From an uncultured Faecalibacterium sp. (GTDB lineage Bacteria; Bacillota; Clostridia; Oscillospirales; Ruminococcaceae), in the NCBI GenBank assembly GCA_944387975.1, contig CALXGZ010000123.1, positions 1 through 47,371 of the forward strand: 47,371 nucleotides of DNA, written 5' to 3'. Positions 35,855 through 45,081 of this stretch are shown here, piece after piece (within the stretch, counting starts at the first letter, position 1; each line of letters starts with the position of its first letter). A program made the position numbers and the translations under genes. Below the pieces are notes generated by a model that worked only from the letters and a program-made list of their open reading frames with translations, was not told where the DNA came from and did not search any database.

Positions 35855-36718
35855 TTATTCGGGCTGGGCCGGGCCCCAGCGGGCCAGGACGGCCGCCGTT
35901 TCGGCCTCGGGCAGGCGCAGGCGGACGGGGGCGGGCGCGGCGCTGCCCTTGCGCAGGGGCAGCCACCAGGTGGACATGCCCGCCCAGCGGCCCAGCTTGT
36001 AGCCCACGTGGGGCTGGCGGCCCACACAGGTAAAACCCCATTTTTCGTGAAAGCGCTCGCTGGCGGGGTTGGGGTCGGCCAGCAGGGCGTAGACGTTCCA
36101 GTAGCCTTGCAGGCGCAGCAGCTCCAGCAGGGCGCCGTACAGCGCGTTGCCCACCCCGGCCGCGCAGGCGTCCGGCGCGCAGTAGATGGTGCTTTCCACG
36201 TCCCAGTCGAAGGCCTCGCGCGGGTGGTAGCGGTGGGCGCAGGCGTAGCCCAGCAGGCGGCCCGCGCCGTCCCGCGCCAGCAGCAGCGGCGCGCGCGCCA
36301 GCGTGTCGTCCACCCAGGCCTCGTACTGGGCCACGGTGGACGGCGTGATCTGGAAGGTGGCGATGCGGTTGCGCACGTACCAGTTGTACAGCTGCACGAT
36401 CTCGGCCGCGTCGGCCCGGCACGCCACCGACAGGCGCGGGCGGGCCTGCGCGGCCCAGGCGGCGCACAGGGCCTCCTTTTCGGCCTTGGGCAGCTTTTTC
36501 AGCGCGGCCTCCCGCCGCAGGGCCGCGGGCTTGTCGGGGCAGCGCTCCAGATAGGCCAGCGCCACGGCGTGGAAGCCACGGGTCGCCTTTGCGCCGCGGC
36601 CCGTCTTGTGGGCGTGCAGGCGGGCGGCGGGGTCCTTGGTCCAGCCGCTGTACAGCTGCCCGCCCGCACAGCGCAGCATGTACACATAGGCCGGGGCCAT
36701 CAGCTCAGGCGCGGCCAT
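35855..36718 (-). CDS. GIY-YIG (UPF0213-like) nuclease domain fused to a Pat/YncA-like GNAT acetyltransferase
   Basis: YVYMLRC..QLYSGWT.D...RL..H..GRGAK.TR, then IATF...VESTIY...GVGNALY...NPASERFHEKWGF...VGYKLGRW. Confidence 0.8.
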   Translation of the reverse strand: MAAPELMAPAYVYMLRCAGGQLYSGWTKDPAARLHAHKTGRGAKATRGFHAVALAYLERCPDKPAALRREAALKKLPKAEKEALCAAWAAQARPRLSVACRADAAEIVQLYNWYVRNRIATFQITPSTVAQYEAWVDDTLARAPLLLARDGAGRLLGYACAHRYHPREAFDWDVESTIYCAPDACAAGVGNALYGALLELLRLQGYWNVYALLADPNPASERFHEKWGFTCVGRQPHVGYKLGRWAGMSTWWLPLRKGSAAPAPVRLRLPEAETAAVLARWGPAQPE

Positions 36719-37532
36719 TGTATTTCAGCACCAGCCGGCAGGCGGCTATGGCGGTGGCCTTGTCGGCGGCGGTGATCAAAAAGCGGCTGGCGTGGCAAAA
36801 GCTGATGCCGGCCAGGCCGCTGCGCGCTTCGATCACATCCTGGGGCTGGCCGGCCCAGGAGGCGGGGAAGGGCAGCTTCGGCTTTTTGGTGCGGTGGTCG
36901 GTGACGCACTGGGCGCTCCAGCCGCCGCGCTGGCTGGGGTACACCACGAACAGCGCGTCGGTCTTGTACAGGCCGTTTTTCCACGGCAGGTAGCACGGCA
37001 GCACGACGATGCCGTCGCGGCTGGCGGCGTAGGCGGCGCGCACCTTCTCCTCGGCTTGGTTGACGGCGTTGGCCTCCTCGATTTTCCGTCTGTGGATCTG
37101 CTTTGCCACGGCCACCGCCTCGAAAAAGCGGTCGTCGGCGCTGTCGGCCGAATCCCAGGGGGGGTTGAAAAAGCCGATGGCGTCGCACAGGCTGTTCTGC
37201 TCGCCGGTGTTGTCGTTCAGGTCCAGCGGCTGGATGAAGTTCTCGTCGATCAGGCGGGCCTGCCGCTCGCCCACCAGGCCGGGGCCCAGCACGCGCCACA
37301 GCAGCCCGAAGGCCGCGTAGGGCACGCCGTTGGCGCGGGTCTGCCGCGGCTCGCGGTGGTGGTCGAACATGCCGTCCCCGATGTCGTAGACGATGCCGTC
37401 GAAGTCCTCCGGCACCACAAAGCCCCGCGTCACCTTGATATCCGGGCGCAGGATCTGCAAAAGCGCGGTCGCGAACACGTCGTCGGCGTGGAACTTGCCG
37501 GCGTGCGTAAAGCCGCGTGCTGGAATTTTCAT
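36705..37532 (-). CDS. MYG1-family (DHH-like) protein
   Basis: THAGKFHADDVFA, YDIG.G.FDHH, YAAFGLLW, FCHASRF; GAGGTG RBS. Confidence 0.88.
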   Translation of the reverse strand: MKIPARGFTHAGKFHADDVFATALLQILRPDIKVTRGFVVPEDFDGIVYDIGDGMFDHHREPRQTRANGVPYAAFGLLWRVLGPGLVGERQARLIDENFIQPLDLNDNTGEQNSLCDAIGFFNPPWDSADSADDRFFEAVAVAKQIHRRKIEEANAVNQAEEKVRAAYAASRDGIVVLPCYLPWKNGLYKTDALFVVYPSQRGGWSAQCVTDHRTKKPKLPFPASWAGQPQDVIEARSGLAGISFCHASRFLITAADKATAIAACRLVLKYNGRA

Positions 37533-37688
37533 AAAGCGCACCTCTCGCTGCAGTGATTTCGTACCAGTATACCACACTTTTGGGCTGTGTGCAAAGTGGG
37601 GAAAGGCTCCGGGCAGACCTATTGCGGAACCGGCGCGCTCTATGCTATACTGATTGCACAATAAGTTTAAAAGGGAAAGGATGCCGTT

Positions 37689-38621
37689 ATGGAAAGGCCG
37701 CCCAAATTGACCATTGAGGAACAGATCGAGTGGATGAAATCGAAGGGGATCACCTTTGGGATTTGCAGTGAAGAGGAAGCGGCCGGCTTTCTGCGAAAAA
37801 ATACGTATCTTTTCAAGCTGAAAGCTTTTGGCAAAGCCTTCCCCCTCAACCCTGTGACCGGGACCTATAACGGGGTGGACTTTGCTTATCTTGTCGAGCT
37901 CTCTACGCTGGATATGCATGTCCGCAGGCTTATCCTGCACGCCACGCTGGATATTGAGCACTTCCTGAAAGTCCGCCTGCTGAACCGGCTGAGCAGCGAC
38001 CCGGGCGAAAACGGTTACCATATCATAGAGCAATACTTTGCCGCCGACCCGGATGCACAGAATAAAATCGTAAAAAAGTCCAGGAATTCCATGTGCAAGG
38101 ACCTGATCGAAAAAATGCAGCGGGATGGCTACGCGCTTTGGAACGTGGTAGAAGTGCTCTCCTTTGGCGATTTTATACGCCTTTATGATATTTACGATCA
38201 AAATCATGGCAAAACGGATCAGGCGCTGCTGCGCTGTCTGTTCTCGGTGCGCTGCCTGCGGAACGCCGCCGCACATAACAACTGCCTGCTCAACAGCCTG
38301 CGCTCACCCTATAGCCGCAAAGTGAGGCCAAACCAGCAGCTGACCCGCTTCATCAGCCAAATGCCGGGCATACCGGCAAGATCGCGTGCAAAAAAGATGA
38401 AAAATCCGGTCATCCATGATTTTTTGGCCCTGCTGTACGTATACCAGCAAGTTGTGACCTCTGAAAAGACCCGGAGGCATTTTGGACAAGAGCTGCACAG
38501 CCTTTTCGATCACAGGATGCTGAAGCGCCGTGCATACTTTGAAACCAACGAAAGCCTGACTTCCGCTTATCACTTCGTCAAGGCCGCGGTGGACAGCTTG
38601 TATCCTGATCGCAGCGTATAG
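37689..38621 (+). CDS. Abi_2/AbiF-like HEPN RNase (abortive infection protein)
   Basis: KLTIEEQI..MK.KGITF, YLVELSTLD, IEHFLK, W..VEVLSFG, and LRNAAAHNN (RxxxxH HEPN motif); AT-richer than the flanks. Confidence 0.85.
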   Translation: MERPPKLTIEEQIEWMKSKGITFGICSEEEAAGFLRKNTYLFKLKAFGKAFPLNPVTGTYNGVDFAYLVELSTLDMHVRRLILHATLDIEHFLKVRLLNRLSSDPGENGYHIIEQYFAADPDAQNKIVKKSRNSMCKDLIEKMQRDGYALWNVVEVLSFGDFIRLYDIYDQNHGKTDQALLRCLFSVRCLRNAAAHNNCLLNSLRSPYSRKVRPNQQLTRFISQMPGIPARSRAKKMKNPVIHDFLALLYVYQQVVTSEKTRRHFGQELHSLFDHRMLKRRAYFETNESLTSAYHFVKAAVDSLYPDRSV

Positions 38622-38670
38622 GATTTTTGGATTTCACAATACTTTCACATCTTTTTGCTATACTATCTGT

Positions 38671-38730
38671 GAGGAACAAAAACAGACTGCTGTTTTTAGA
38701 GGATCGGTGCATGCGCCGGTCCTTATTTTT
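38671..38730 (+). ncRNA. Candidate AbiF-associated RNA (antitoxin-like)
   Basis: TGcTATACT at 38656-38664; hairpin aaaaacag-actg-ctgttttt; terminator aggatcggtgc/gcgccggtcct followed by tattttt. Confidence 0.6.
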
Positions 38731-38775
38731 ATGTAAAAACCCCCGCCCTTGTGGGCGGGGGCGCGGCATGATCGG

Positions 38776-40077
38776 TTACGCCTGGATCTCCTTCACGGTC
38801 GAGCGCTGGATGACCCAGTCGGCGGCGCGGCGGATGGCCTCGTTGCGGCGGAAGGCCCGCAGGTCGGTCTTGGCCTTGACCTCTTCGAGGGTCTTTTTGG
38901 CCATTTCGGCCCGCTGCGCCAGCTGGGCGTCCAGCTCGGCGTCGGTGGGCACCAGGCCCTCGGCCCCGGCGATCTGCAGCAGGGCCATGCGGGCGCGGGT
39001 GTTGCGCTCGGCGGCCTTGCGCACGGTGGCCTTGAACTCGTCGCGGGTCTGGTGCACCTGGCCGAGGTATTTGTCCAGGCTCATGCGCTGCATCTGCAGC
39101 TGCTGCTGGAAGGACTGCATCTCGGCGTGGTAGGCGTTCTCCACCAGGATGCCGGGCAGCTCGCCCTCGGCGGCGTCCGCCAGCAGCATCAGGATCTGGT
39201 TGCGGGCGTGGTTGATGGCGGCGGTGCGCTTGCGGCCGGCCAGCTGGTCGTGCACCTGGGCGCGGTATTCCTCCATCGTGTCCACCTTGCCGGCCTTTTT
39301 GGCAAAGTCGCTGTTCAGCGCCGGCAGCTGCCGGATGCACACGTCGATCACCTTGATCTTGAAGGTGGCCTCCTTGCCGGCCAGGTCTTTGGCGTGGTAA
39401 TTGGCCGGGAAGGTGACGTTCAGGTCGAACTCGTCGCCCGCCTGGTGGCCGATGATCCCCTCCTCAAAGCCGGGGATCATGCGGCCGCGGCCCAGCTCGA
39501 CGGCCTGCTTTTCGGCGCTGCCGCCGGGGAAGGGCTCGCCGTTGACATAGCCGGTGTAGTTCATGTGCACGATGTTGCCCTTGACGGCCGGGCCCTTGTG
39601 GGGCACCAGCTCGGCGAAGCCGGCGCGGCGGCGCTCGATCACCCGCTCGACCTCCTTGTCGGTGGTGGCGGGGATGGTGCAGTTCACCTCAAAGCCCTCG
39701 GTCTTGCCCAGCTGCAGCGTGGGCTGCAAAGCGACGGTGGCGGTGGCCACAAAGCCCTCTTCCTTTTTGACGCTGACCAGGTCGTAGCTGGGCTCGTCCA
39801 CCGGGGTCAGGCCGCCGCCGGCCAGGGCCTGCTCGTACAGGCCGGGCACGTCGCGGTCCATCAGGTCGTTGATGGCGTCATACCAGAAGACGTGCTCGCC
39901 GCGGTCGGCCTCGATCTGGGCGCGGTCGGCCTGGCCTTTGGCGAAGCCCTTGATCGTAAAGGTATCCCGCGTGCGCTCATAGACGGCCTCGGCGGCCTCT
40001 TCCAGCTCGGCGGCCGAGGCGCTGAAGGTCATTTTGCAGACGTTCTTTTCAGGCGTTTCTACACTTACCAGTTTCAT
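38776..40077 (-). CDS. tig: Trigger factor (divergent copy)
   Basis: Three-domain layout with FKBP core YTGYVNGEPFPGG...MIPGFEEGIIG...VTFPANYHAKDLAGKEATF. Confidence 0.88.
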   Translation of the reverse strand: MKLVSVETPEKNVCKMTFSASAAELEEAAEAVYERTRDTFTIKGFAKGQADRAQIEADRGEHVFWYDAINDLMDRDVPGLYEQALAGGGLTPVDEPSYDLVSVKKEEGFVATATVALQPTLQLGKTEGFEVNCTIPATTDKEVERVIERRRAGFAELVPHKGPAVKGNIVHMNYTGYVNGEPFPGGSAEKQAVELGRGRMIPGFEEGIIGHQAGDEFDLNVTFPANYHAKDLAGKEATFKIKVIDVCIRQLPALNSDFAKKAGKVDTMEEYRAQVHDQLAGRKRTAAINHARNQILMLLADAAEGELPGILVENAYHAEMQSFQQQLQMQRMSLDKYLGQVHQTRDEFKATVRKAAERNTRARMALLQIAGAEGLVPTDAELDAQLAQRAEMAKKTLEEVKAKTDLRAFRRNEAIRRAADWVIQRSTVKEIQA

Positions 40078-40238
40078 GTCGATGTTACCCTCCGTAAGGC
40101 CCCATGCGGGCGCGATGTAGTCAGTTTGAAATTATTATAGCACATCCGGCGCAAAAGCGGTATAATAAAATTGGATTTTTCTGCGGGCGGGGCACGCATC
40201 CGCCCAAATTTGCAGCGAAAGGCTAGGTTTGACACGCT

Positions 40239-40901
40239 ATGCGCCTGTTTGACGTCCTGGGCCCGGTGATGATCGGGCCCTCCTCCAGCCACACCGCCGG
40301 CGCGGCCCGCATCGGCCGGACGGCCCGCCTGCTTCTGGGCGAGGCGCCGCTTTCGGCCGACATCGGGCTGTACGGCAGCTTTGCCACCACGGGCCGCGGC
40401 CACGGCACCGACCGGGCCATCGTGGCGGGCCTGCTGGGCATGAAGCCGGACGACCCCCGCCTGCCCGACAGCTTCGCGCTGGCGAAGGAGGCGGGCCTCG
40501 ACTTCACCATCCACCCGGTGGAGCTGCGCTCGGCCCACCCCAACACGGCGGTGCTGGCCCTGCAGGGGGCCCGCCGCCGGCTGAACCTGACCGCGGCCTC
40601 GGTGGGCGGCGGGCGCATCCGGGTCAGCGCCATCGACGGCGTGGCCGCGGACTTTGGCGGCGACGCCAACACCCTGATCATCCGCAACGACGACACCCCC
40701 GGCTGCATCGCCGAGGTGGCGCTGGCGCTGGCGCGGCGGCGCATCAACGTGGCGTCGATGCAGGTGTTCCGCTCGGCGCCGGGGGGCGAGGCCGTCATGG
40801 TGCTGGAATGTGACAGCCACATCCCCGCCCCGCTGGAGTTCCAGCTGACGGCGGTGCCGGGCATACGCAAGGTCACCTGCCTGAACGTGGACGACACCTG
40901 A
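40239..40901 (+). CDS. sdaAB: L-serine dehydratase beta subunit
   Basis: GPVMIGPSSSHTAGA, GSFATTGRGHGTD, SVGGG, C-terminal ACT domain. Confidence 0.93.
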   Translation: MRLFDVLGPVMIGPSSSHTAGAARIGRTARLLLGEAPLSADIGLYGSFATTGRGHGTDRAIVAGLLGMKPDDPRLPDSFALAKEAGLDFTIHPVELRSAHPNTAVLALQGARRRLNLTAASVGGGRIRVSAIDGVAADFGGDANTLIIRNDDTPGCIAEVALALARRRINVASMQVFRSAPGGEAVMVLECDSHIPAPLEFQLTAVPGIRKVTCLNVDDT

Positions 40902-40921
40902 CGACGAAAGAGAGGGAAACC

Positions 40922-41806
40922 ATGTCCTTTTTATCCTGTGCCGAGATGCTCACCTACGCCCATGAGCACGGCTGCACCCTGGCCGAGGCGGTGCTGCGCA
41001 GCGACCTGGCCGAGAGCCGCCTGACCGAAGAGGCCAGCCGCGCCGAGATGCGCCGCCTGTGGCAGGTGATGCAGGCCACCAGCCGCGACTACGAGCCGGC
41101 CCGCCGCAGCCGCAGCGGCCTGGTGGGGGGCGAAGCTGCCAAGGTGGAGCAGGCCGCGGCCGCGGGCAAGCTGCTGGGCGGGGCATACCTGGCCGAAGTG
41201 ACGGCCGAGGCGCTGAAAACGGCCGAGTGCAACGCCTGCATGAAGCGCATCGTGGCGGCCCCGACGGCGGGCAGCTGCGGGGTGCTGCCGGCGGTGCTGC
41301 TGCCGCTGGCGCGCGCGGGCGAGGCCGGCGACGAGGCGATCTGCGACGCGCTGTACGTCGCGGTGGGCTTTGGGCAGGTGATCGCCGCCCGGGCCACGCT
41401 GGCCGGCGCCGAGGGCGGCTGCCAGGCCGAGGTGGGCGCCGCCAGCGCCATGGCGGCCGCCGCGCTGTGCTACCTGAAAGGCGGCACCCCGGCGGCCTGC
41501 GCCGCCGCCGCCGCGATGGCCCTGGGTAACCTGCTGGGCCTGGTCTGCGACCCTGTGGCCGGCCTGGTGGAGGTGCCCTGCGTCAAGCGCAACGTGGTGG
41601 GCGCGGTGAACGCCGTCGCCTGCGCGAACATGGCCCTGGCGGGCATCGACAGCGCCATCCCCTGCGACGAGGTGATCGACGCGATGGGCCGCGTGGGGCT
41701 GCAGCTGTCCCCGGACCTGCGCGAGACGGGCCTGGGCGGCCTTGCGGCCACCCCGACCGGCCGCGCCATCGCCCGCCGCCTCGCCGCCGAAGCCGGCGGC
41801 GTCTGA
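40922..41806 (+). CDS. sdaAA: L-serine dehydratase alpha subunit
   Basis: IVAAPTAGSCG, GAEGGCQAEVG, LGLVCDPVAGLVEVPCVKRN. Confidence 0.93.
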   Translation: MSFLSCAEMLTYAHEHGCTLAEAVLRSDLAESRLTEEASRAEMRRLWQVMQATSRDYEPARRSRSGLVGGEAAKVEQAAAAGKLLGGAYLAEVTAEALKTAECNACMKRIVAAPTAGSCGVLPAVLLPLARAGEAGDEAICDALYVAVGFGQVIAARATLAGAEGGCQAEVGAASAMAAAALCYLKGGTPAACAAAAAMALGNLLGLVCDPVAGLVEVPCVKRNVVGAVNAVACANMALAGIDSAIPCDEVIDAMGRVGLQLSPDLRETGLGGLAATPTGRAIARRLAAEAGGV

Positions 41807-41857
41807 CCCGTCCGGGGGGCGGCTTTGCAATTTTCAAAAATTTTTTCAAAAAACCTG

Positions 41858-41886
41858 TTGACAAACGGCCGCGCTGATGGTAAAAT
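41858..41886 (+). promoter_or_regulatory. Sigma-A promoter of tRNA-Arg
   Basis: TTGACA-17 bp-TAAAAT with an AT-rich upstream tract. Confidence 0.75.
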
Positions 41887-41911
41887 ATATCACGTTCCGA
41901 GCGGAACACAT

Positions 41912-41988
41912 GCGTTGGTAGCTCAGCTGGATAGAGTGACTGACTACGAATCAGTAGGCCGGGGGTTCGAGTCCCTTCCATCGCACCA
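41912..41988 (+). tRNA. tRNA-Arg(ACG)
   Basis: TAGCTCAGCTGGATAGAG D arm, actga-ctACGaa-tcagt, GGTTCGAGTCC, CCA. Confidence 0.94.
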
Positions 41989-41994
41989 AAAAAT

Positions 41995-42027
41995 GCCGTA
42001 AGACCGAAAGGTCTTGCGGCTTTTTTG
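41995..42027 (+). terminator. tRNA-Arg terminator
   Basis: gccgtaagacc-gaaa-ggtcttgcggc followed by tttttt. Confidence 0.8.
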
Positions 42028-42225
42028 TTTGTCTGGAAAGGCCTAATACCGGAAAGCGGTTCCTCGAACTTCTGGCGCTGCTTAGAGCCGATATGTTTAT
42101 TTTCGCGGCGTTTTCCACTGCGGAAAAACAAACGCCAATTCAAATCGCTGCCATAAAAGCACCGGAGGAGAGAATGAAGCCGGCCGCAGTCCCGGCACTT
42201 GCCGGCCGCAATGGGCGAATTTGTG

Positions 42226-43818
42226 TTATGCCGGGTTCATCTGGCGCTGGCGGATCTCATAGGTTTTGTCGGCCACCGCATCGTAGTAGGCGTTGTGGCT
42301 GATGACAAGGATGAGCTTCTGCTCCCGGAGTTTGGCCAGATAGTCGACGAGGGCGCGCTCGGTCTTTTCATCCAGGTTGCTGCCAGGTTCGTCCAGCAGG
42401 ATACAGGAGGCGTCGCTGAGCAGGGTGCGGGCCAAATAAATTTTCTGCTTTTCACCGAGGGACAGGTTTTCCGGCTTGATGGTCACCTGTTTATCAGCAG
42501 GCGGAAGCTGAAGAACGGAATCCAGTTCCTGATACTGCGCATCGGAGACTGTACGTCCACATACGATGTTCTCCCGGACAGTGCCTGTGAAGATAAAATT
42601 GGGATAGAAAAGATAGCTGAGCCTCGATTTTTCACAGGTAAAGCTGCCGGCTTCATGGATTCGAACATGATGATCGTCCCTGGGAAACACGCCCGAAATG
42701 ATATTGAACAGGGAGGACTTGCCGCAGCCGTTTTCGCCGTGGATCAGCACGATGCCCCTATCCTGCGCCGTGAACTCCGGTACATGAAAGAGCACTTCCT
42801 TTTCCGAGCGCATCAGGTCGATATCATGGGCTTCGATTTTGGGACAAGCTGCTGTTTCGGTCTCCACTTTCTGGTCAGGCAGGGCAAGAAAGCCGGCCAC
42901 CCGGTCAAAGGTAGGCTTCTGGCTGACGATCTGGGCGTGCAGCATGGAGACCTCGGACAGCGGGTTGAACAGATAGCCGATGATCTGGATCGAGAACAGC
43001 AGCTGGCCGATGGTCATATTCTGCAGGACGACCTGATTTCCGCCGATGGTGAGGATGAGAAGCGGAGCCAGCGTGGTGACAAAGAGGGGGAATTCCTGCA
43101 CGATCAGCAGGAAAAAGTGCTGGCGGTTGCGGGCATCCAGATAGCTTTTGAGAGCTTTATCATGACGTTTCTGCAGATAATCCCCTACCTTGTTCAAGGT
43201 GATGCTGACTTTGCCGTTCAGGATGACGTCAAATTCCTGATACCACGCATCGCCTGCGGCCCGCTCTTTGGCCACCAGCTTTTCCAGCCTGCTCTGATTC
43301 AGAAAGTTGGGCACCATATAGAGCGGAATCAGGATGATGGCCGTCAGGGCAATGGCAGGGCTGGCCAAGGCGAACAGCAGCCCGATCATGACGATCACTT
43401 TGATGATATTAGATGGCACAGTAACCAGATAGCTGCTCATGGTGTAGACGGCGCTGACATCGTTGGCCATATACTGAATGCGTGCTTTGTTCTGGCTCTC
43501 ATAGGCAGGGATGCTGCTGGAAAGGATCTTCCGGGCCAGATGCTGGCGGTAACTGCTGGCCATCCGGTCCGCGTTCATCTGTGCATTGTAATTGACAAAA
43601 TAGAACTGATAGAAGTGGATGACAAAAACACAGACGACGATGCCCAGCATCCAGGACAAAGGGATCAGGGCGCCGGAGCCGATCCAGGCATCCGTCAGAT
43701 ACAGAGTCAGCGCCGCGGGCAGCAGTGTCAGCAGAAAGCCGCCAAGGTCAAAAAGGATCCGAACAATCAGCTGCGGGAATGTAATATAGATGCCGCGATC
43801 TTCCAGATATTTTTTCAT
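42226..43818 (-). CDS. ABC exporter, fused permease and ATPase
   Basis: N-terminal TM domain; GENGCGKSS Walker A, LSLGEKQK signature, ILLDEP Walker B, ISH. Confidence 0.88.
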   Translation of the reverse strand: MKKYLEDRGIYITFPQLIVRILFDLGGFLLTLLPAALTLYLTDAWIGSGALIPLSWMLGIVVCVFVIHFYQFYFVNYNAQMNADRMASSYRQHLARKILSSSIPAYESQNKARIQYMANDVSAVYTMSSYLVTVPSNIIKVIVMIGLLFALASPAIALTAIILIPLYMVPNFLNQSRLEKLVAKERAAGDAWYQEFDVILNGKVSITLNKVGDYLQKRHDKALKSYLDARNRQHFFLLIVQEFPLFVTTLAPLLILTIGGNQVVLQNMTIGQLLFSIQIIGYLFNPLSEVSMLHAQIVSQKPTFDRVAGFLALPDQKVETETAACPKIEAHDIDLMRSEKEVLFHVPEFTAQDRGIVLIHGENGCGKSSLFNIISGVFPRDDHHVRIHEAGSFTCEKSRLSYLFYPNFIFTGTVRENIVCGRTVSDAQYQELDSVLQLPPADKQVTIKPENLSLGEKQKIYLARTLLSDASCILLDEPGSNLDEKTERALVDYLAKLREQKLILVISHNAYYDAVADKTYEIRQRQMNPA

Positions 43819-44052
43819 GAGTGCGTTGTCTCCTTTTGTGATAGGGCTTCGGTGTACAGTTTATAAAAGTTCTCCATTCTGTTTTTTATTTTGAACACGA
43901 CCGTGTGCCTGTTCCGTGTCTAAATGATATCATAGAGAATGTATGTAATCCATATCGTTTCGTGTTAGAAAGCCGTCTGGCTGCTTTTTCTTTTAAAATC
44001 CAGTTCTGCTGTGATATAATAAAACCATCTATTGCAGAGGAGGTATACAGCC

Positions 44053-44970
44053 TTGAAAAATGTCTTTCTTGGAGAATATATCAAGCAGCGGCGGCTGGAC
44101 CTGGGCCTGATCCAGGAGCAGCTTTGCGACGGCATCTGTGAGCCTATGACCCTTTCCAGGCTGGAAAATGGCAGGCAGACCCCCGGCCGCAACCGGATCA
44201 ATGCTATTTTGCAGCGGCTGGGCCTGCCGGACGACCGCTACTTTGCCCTGCTGAGCAAAAATGAGCTGGAGATGGAGGCCCTGCAAAAGGAAATCGTGGC
44301 CTGTAATGTGACCGAAAAGGTGTCCGAAGGTTTTGAGAAGCTTGCCCAATTTGAAGAGCTGGCAGAGCCGGATGACCAGATCGCCCAACAATTCATTTTA
44401 AGTTCTAAAGTTTTGCTTGGACGTTTAGATGGTCGATATATGCCTAGAGAACAAATTGATATGTTGATGCAGGCGATTCGGCTAACAGTACCCCGCTTTG
44501 GTTTAGAAGATATTGAGAAATTTCTTTATTCTAGAGAGGAGATCTCTATTATAAATCAGATTGGGATTGCGTACTCCGATGATGGGAAAAATAAAAAAGC
44601 AGCTGAAATCTACGATCAGCTGCTTAGGTATGTGCGCAAGCATTTTAAGGAAACCATAACATCCATTGGGGTATTGCCATTGGTCCTCTATAATTATGCT
44701 CGGGTACTGGATTTGTGTGGGCTTTATGAGGAAGGGGTAGAACTCGCGCAGGAGTGTCGAAAAGCCTGTATTCAATATGGGCACTATCAAGAACTGCCAC
44801 GATGTTTGGAAATTGAAGCGGAATGCCGGCATTTTATGGGAGATGATAAAAGCAGCAAAGAATTGTATGATCAATCGTATTATCTCTGCAAAGTCATTGG
44901 ATATCAAACCGGGTTAGAGGTCGTCAAAAAAGAAGCGAAAGAATACCTGAACATGGATTTCTCGAATTAA
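44053..44970 (+). CDS. XRE-HTH plus TPR transcriptional regulator (RRNPP-like)
   Basis: GAGGAGG RBS and TTG start; LGEYIKQRR...QEQLCDGIC...LSRLENG..P; helical TPR-like C-terminus (VLYNYARVL). Confidence 0.82.
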   Translation: MKNVFLGEYIKQRRLDLGLIQEQLCDGICEPMTLSRLENGRQTPGRNRINAILQRLGLPDDRYFALLSKNELEMEALQKEIVACNVTEKVSEGFEKLAQFEELAEPDDQIAQQFILSSKVLLGRLDGRYMPREQIDMLMQAIRLTVPRFGLEDIEKFLYSREEISIINQIGIAYSDDGKNKKAAEIYDQLLRYVRKHFKETITSIGVLPLVLYNYARVLDLCGLYEEGVELAQECRKACIQYGHYQELPRCLEIEAECRHFMGDDKSSKELYDQSYYLCKVIGYQTGLEVVKKEAKEYLNMDFSN

Positions 44971-45035
44971 CCCATATCCCCAACGCCCTGCATAGCATCA
45001 CATGTTCAAAATGATCACGGCCGCTTCCATAAGAC

Positions 45036-45071
45036 AAAGCACCCGTCCGCGTAAAAACGGACGGGTGCTTT
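45036..45071. terminator. Bidirectional terminator
   Basis: aaagcacccgtccg...cggacgggtgcttt between convergent genes. Confidence 0.75.
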
Positions 45072-45081
45072 GCTGTGCATA

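Noticed and set aside
35811-36002. Small ORF after a GAGGGAGGAAAG RBS-like sequence and TGtTATACT promoter-like motif
   Set aside because: It runs into a terminator-like hairpin and antisense into the GNAT gene; possibly a gene remnant, but not supportable as a CDS
36705-38276. 523-aa extended MYG1 protein in the ORF track
   Set aside because: The extension is antisense to the abi gene; the real start with an RBS is at 37532
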